In this document: piece by piece, positions 62,290 through 64,000 of the stretch | Layout: each line of letters starts with the position of its first letter | Numbering within the stretch: position 1 is the first letter of the stretch | Source of the DNA: Candidatus Limnocylindrales bacterium | GTDB lineage: Bacteria; Chloroflexota; Limnocylindria; Limnocylindrales; CSP1-4 | Assembly (NCBI GenBank): GCA_035540555.1 | Contig: DATLGJ010000020.1 | Span: 58,759 to 122,758, forward strand | Direction of reading: 5' to 3' | DNA: 64,000 nt | Notes under the pieces: generated by a model | The model's database searches: none | Seen by the model: only the letters and a program-made list of their open reading frames with translations | Told to the model about the DNA's origin: nothing | Program-made: the position numbers and the translations under genes

Positions 62290-63462
62290 TTAGTCCTCAT
62301 GTACGCTGGTGTCAATGGCTAAGTTGACTTCGAGCGACAGCTCCAGGCTGAGCCTGTTGTCCTTGTCGCGGAGCGTCACGCCTGCCGCTGAGGCACGCTC
62401 GTGCAGTGCGTCCACGGCCTGCCGTCCGAGCGCATAGCGAGCGGTCCAAGCCTCCCCGGACGCCGCGCGCGCCGCGTCCTGCTCGGTGATCATTGACTGA
62501 AGTGCCTCTGGTAGTCCGGAAGATGTCTTTTCCGGGGGGGCCGGAGAGGCGTCAAACGGCACAGGAAGGGACCGAACCGTTGCCTCCATGCGAGCGTCAG
62601 TCCAGTTGAGACGAAGCGCGACTTCCGCGGGCACTTTCGCGAGGTAGGCTTCGAGGGCGTCGTCGATCAACCTGAAAAGTTGTGTTTCCACCTCGCGGTT
62701 CAGCCTGCGGTCAGGACCCACTGACTCGAATCGAACCGGCACACCCGATCTGCGCTGGCGCTCGGCAGCGGCCCGACGCAGGGTGGGAACAAGACCGAGG
62801 TCGTCGAGGACCATCGGACGTACTTCGAAAATGAAGCTCTTGGTTGCCTCGAGGGCGTGCTGAACCATGCCGCGCAGAGCGGCCAGCTCGCGCTGAGCTG
62901 CGACCGGATCGCCCGCCAGCAGGCGTTGCACAACCTCTGCCTGGAGCGCGATGTTGGCGATGCTCTGAGCAGGGCCGTCGTGCATCTGCCGGGCAATCGC
63001 CCGACGCATCTCCTCCTGGGCGTTGAGGACCGCGTTCGATTGGGAGCGGCCAGGGAGCGCGCCGCCATCGGAAGTCAGCGGCGGGCTCGCTTCGCGTGTG
63101 GCAGGGCTTGCGAGGTCCGCCACGCCCGCCGACTCGAGCGCGTGCAGCACCTCGGACAGGCTGGACTCGAGCCGCTGGAGCACCTTTTGCTTTCCCTCGA
63201 GGACCTCCATCTGCGAGCTCATGAGCGCGCTGCGCTGGTACTGGAGGATGAGCGCCGCGTGTGCCTCGCGGAGTTCCGCCGGCACCGAGTGCTGGTCCAT
63301 GAGCGCCTTGAACCGCTCGTCCGCCGCTTCGCGCCTTGCCGCGTGCCGATCGGCTTCGATGCGGGCCTGGCGCATCAGCAGGTCGATCTCCTCGAGCTCC
63401 CGGCGCGACGCCGCCTCCCTCGCCGCAAGCACCTCGGCCAGCCTGCCCCCGTCACTGGCCAC
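62290..63462 (-). CDS. DegS-like HisKA_3 sensor protein with degenerate HATPase domain
   Basis: Coiled-coil N-terminus, QEEMRRAIARQMHDGPAQ, RPMVLDDLGL. Confidence 0.8.
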   Translation of the reverse strand: MASDGGRLAEVLAAREAASRRELEEIDLLMRQARIEADRHAARREAADERFKALMDQHSVPAELREAHAALILQYQRSALMSSQMEVLEGKQKVLQRLESSLSEVLHALESAGVADLASPATREASPPLTSDGGALPGRSQSNAVLNAQEEMRRAIARQMHDGPAQSIANIALQAEVVQRLLAGDPVAAQRELAALRGMVQHALEATKSFIFEVRPMVLDDLGLVPTLRRAAAERQRRSGVPVRFESVGPDRRLNREVETQLFRLIDDALEAYLAKVPAEVALRLNWTDARMEATVRSLPVPFDASPAPPEKTSSGLPEALQSMITEQDAARAASGEAWTARYALGRQAVDALHERASAAGVTLRDKDNRLSLELSLEVNLAIDTSVHED

Positions 63463-63467
63463 GCCGA

Positions 63468-64000
63468 TCAGTCCTCTGGGATCCGGATCCAACCCTGCTT
63501 CATGGCGTAGACGACCGCCTGAGTGCGGTCGTTCACGGACAGCTTGCGCAGGATGGAGCTCATGTGGTTCTTGACTGTCTGCTCGCTGATGGAAAGGGCG
63601 TAGGCGACCTGCTTGTTGGTCATGCCCTTGGCGATGTTGTCCAGGATCTCGACTTCGCGGGGCGACAACGGGGCGAAGATCGGCGCCGCCTCCTGGCCGT
63701 AGACGGCAAGCTCGCGAAATTCCTTCAGCACGCGGCTCGCGACGGCTGGCCGCGAGAAGACCTTGTCGTTGATCAGGTACTCGCCGGCCCGGACTCGACG
63801 GATGATCGTGACCAGGTCGTCGGGGTTGATGTCCTTGAGGATGAACGCAGCGGCCCCTGCCTTGATGGCTTCGAACAGCTGGTCCTCGTCCTCGGCGACG
63901 GCCAGCGCGATGATGCCCACGCTCGGGATCTCGCGCTTGACGCGCTGCGTGGTCTCGATGCCACCCGGTGCCGGTAGCGACAGGTCGAGGAGGACAATGT
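63468..64000 (-). CDS. NarL/DegU-family response regulator (5' end outside window)
   Basis: IVLLDLSLP, FILKD, LSPREVEIL...EQTVKNHMSSILRKL. Confidence 0.9.
   Translation of the reverse strand, partial: IVLLDLSLPAPGGIETTQRVKREIPSVGIIALAVAEDEDQLFEAIKAGAAAFILKDINPDDLVTIIRRVRAGEYLINDKVFSRPAVASRVLKEFRELAVYGQEAAPIFAPLSPREVEILDNIAKGMTNKQVAYALSISEQTVKNHMSSILRKLSVNDRTQAVVYAMKQGWIRIPED

Overview
High-GC bacterial chromosome segment. Gene content suggests Chloroflexota, possibly Limnocylindria/Ellin6529-like, but this is an inference. Bases 1-12638 are the ssrA-proximal part of a Tn7-like transposon. It contains fused tnsAB, tnsC and one compact tniQ/tnsD, preceded by a membrane-anchorless FtsH-like AAA+/M41 protease and a divergent Xre regulator. 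A large secreted RHS/YD-repeat protein, probable cargo and absent from the ORF track, runs off the left edge. The element ends in TnsB-site-like repeats and a terminal ACA 27 bp downstream of the tmRNA gene. No CRISPR array or cas gene is visible, and the other end is not in the window. The remainder is core genome: ssrA/smpB, S41 protease, frameshifted prfB, secA, prs, parA-parB-gyrB-alkD-gyrA with parS, mreD-mrdA-rodA, rplU-rpmA-rpmE-prfA-prmC-glyA, the atp operon, murA-mreB, nfo, comF, a Tad/Flp pilus cluster and a degenerate-looking DegS/DegU-like pair.
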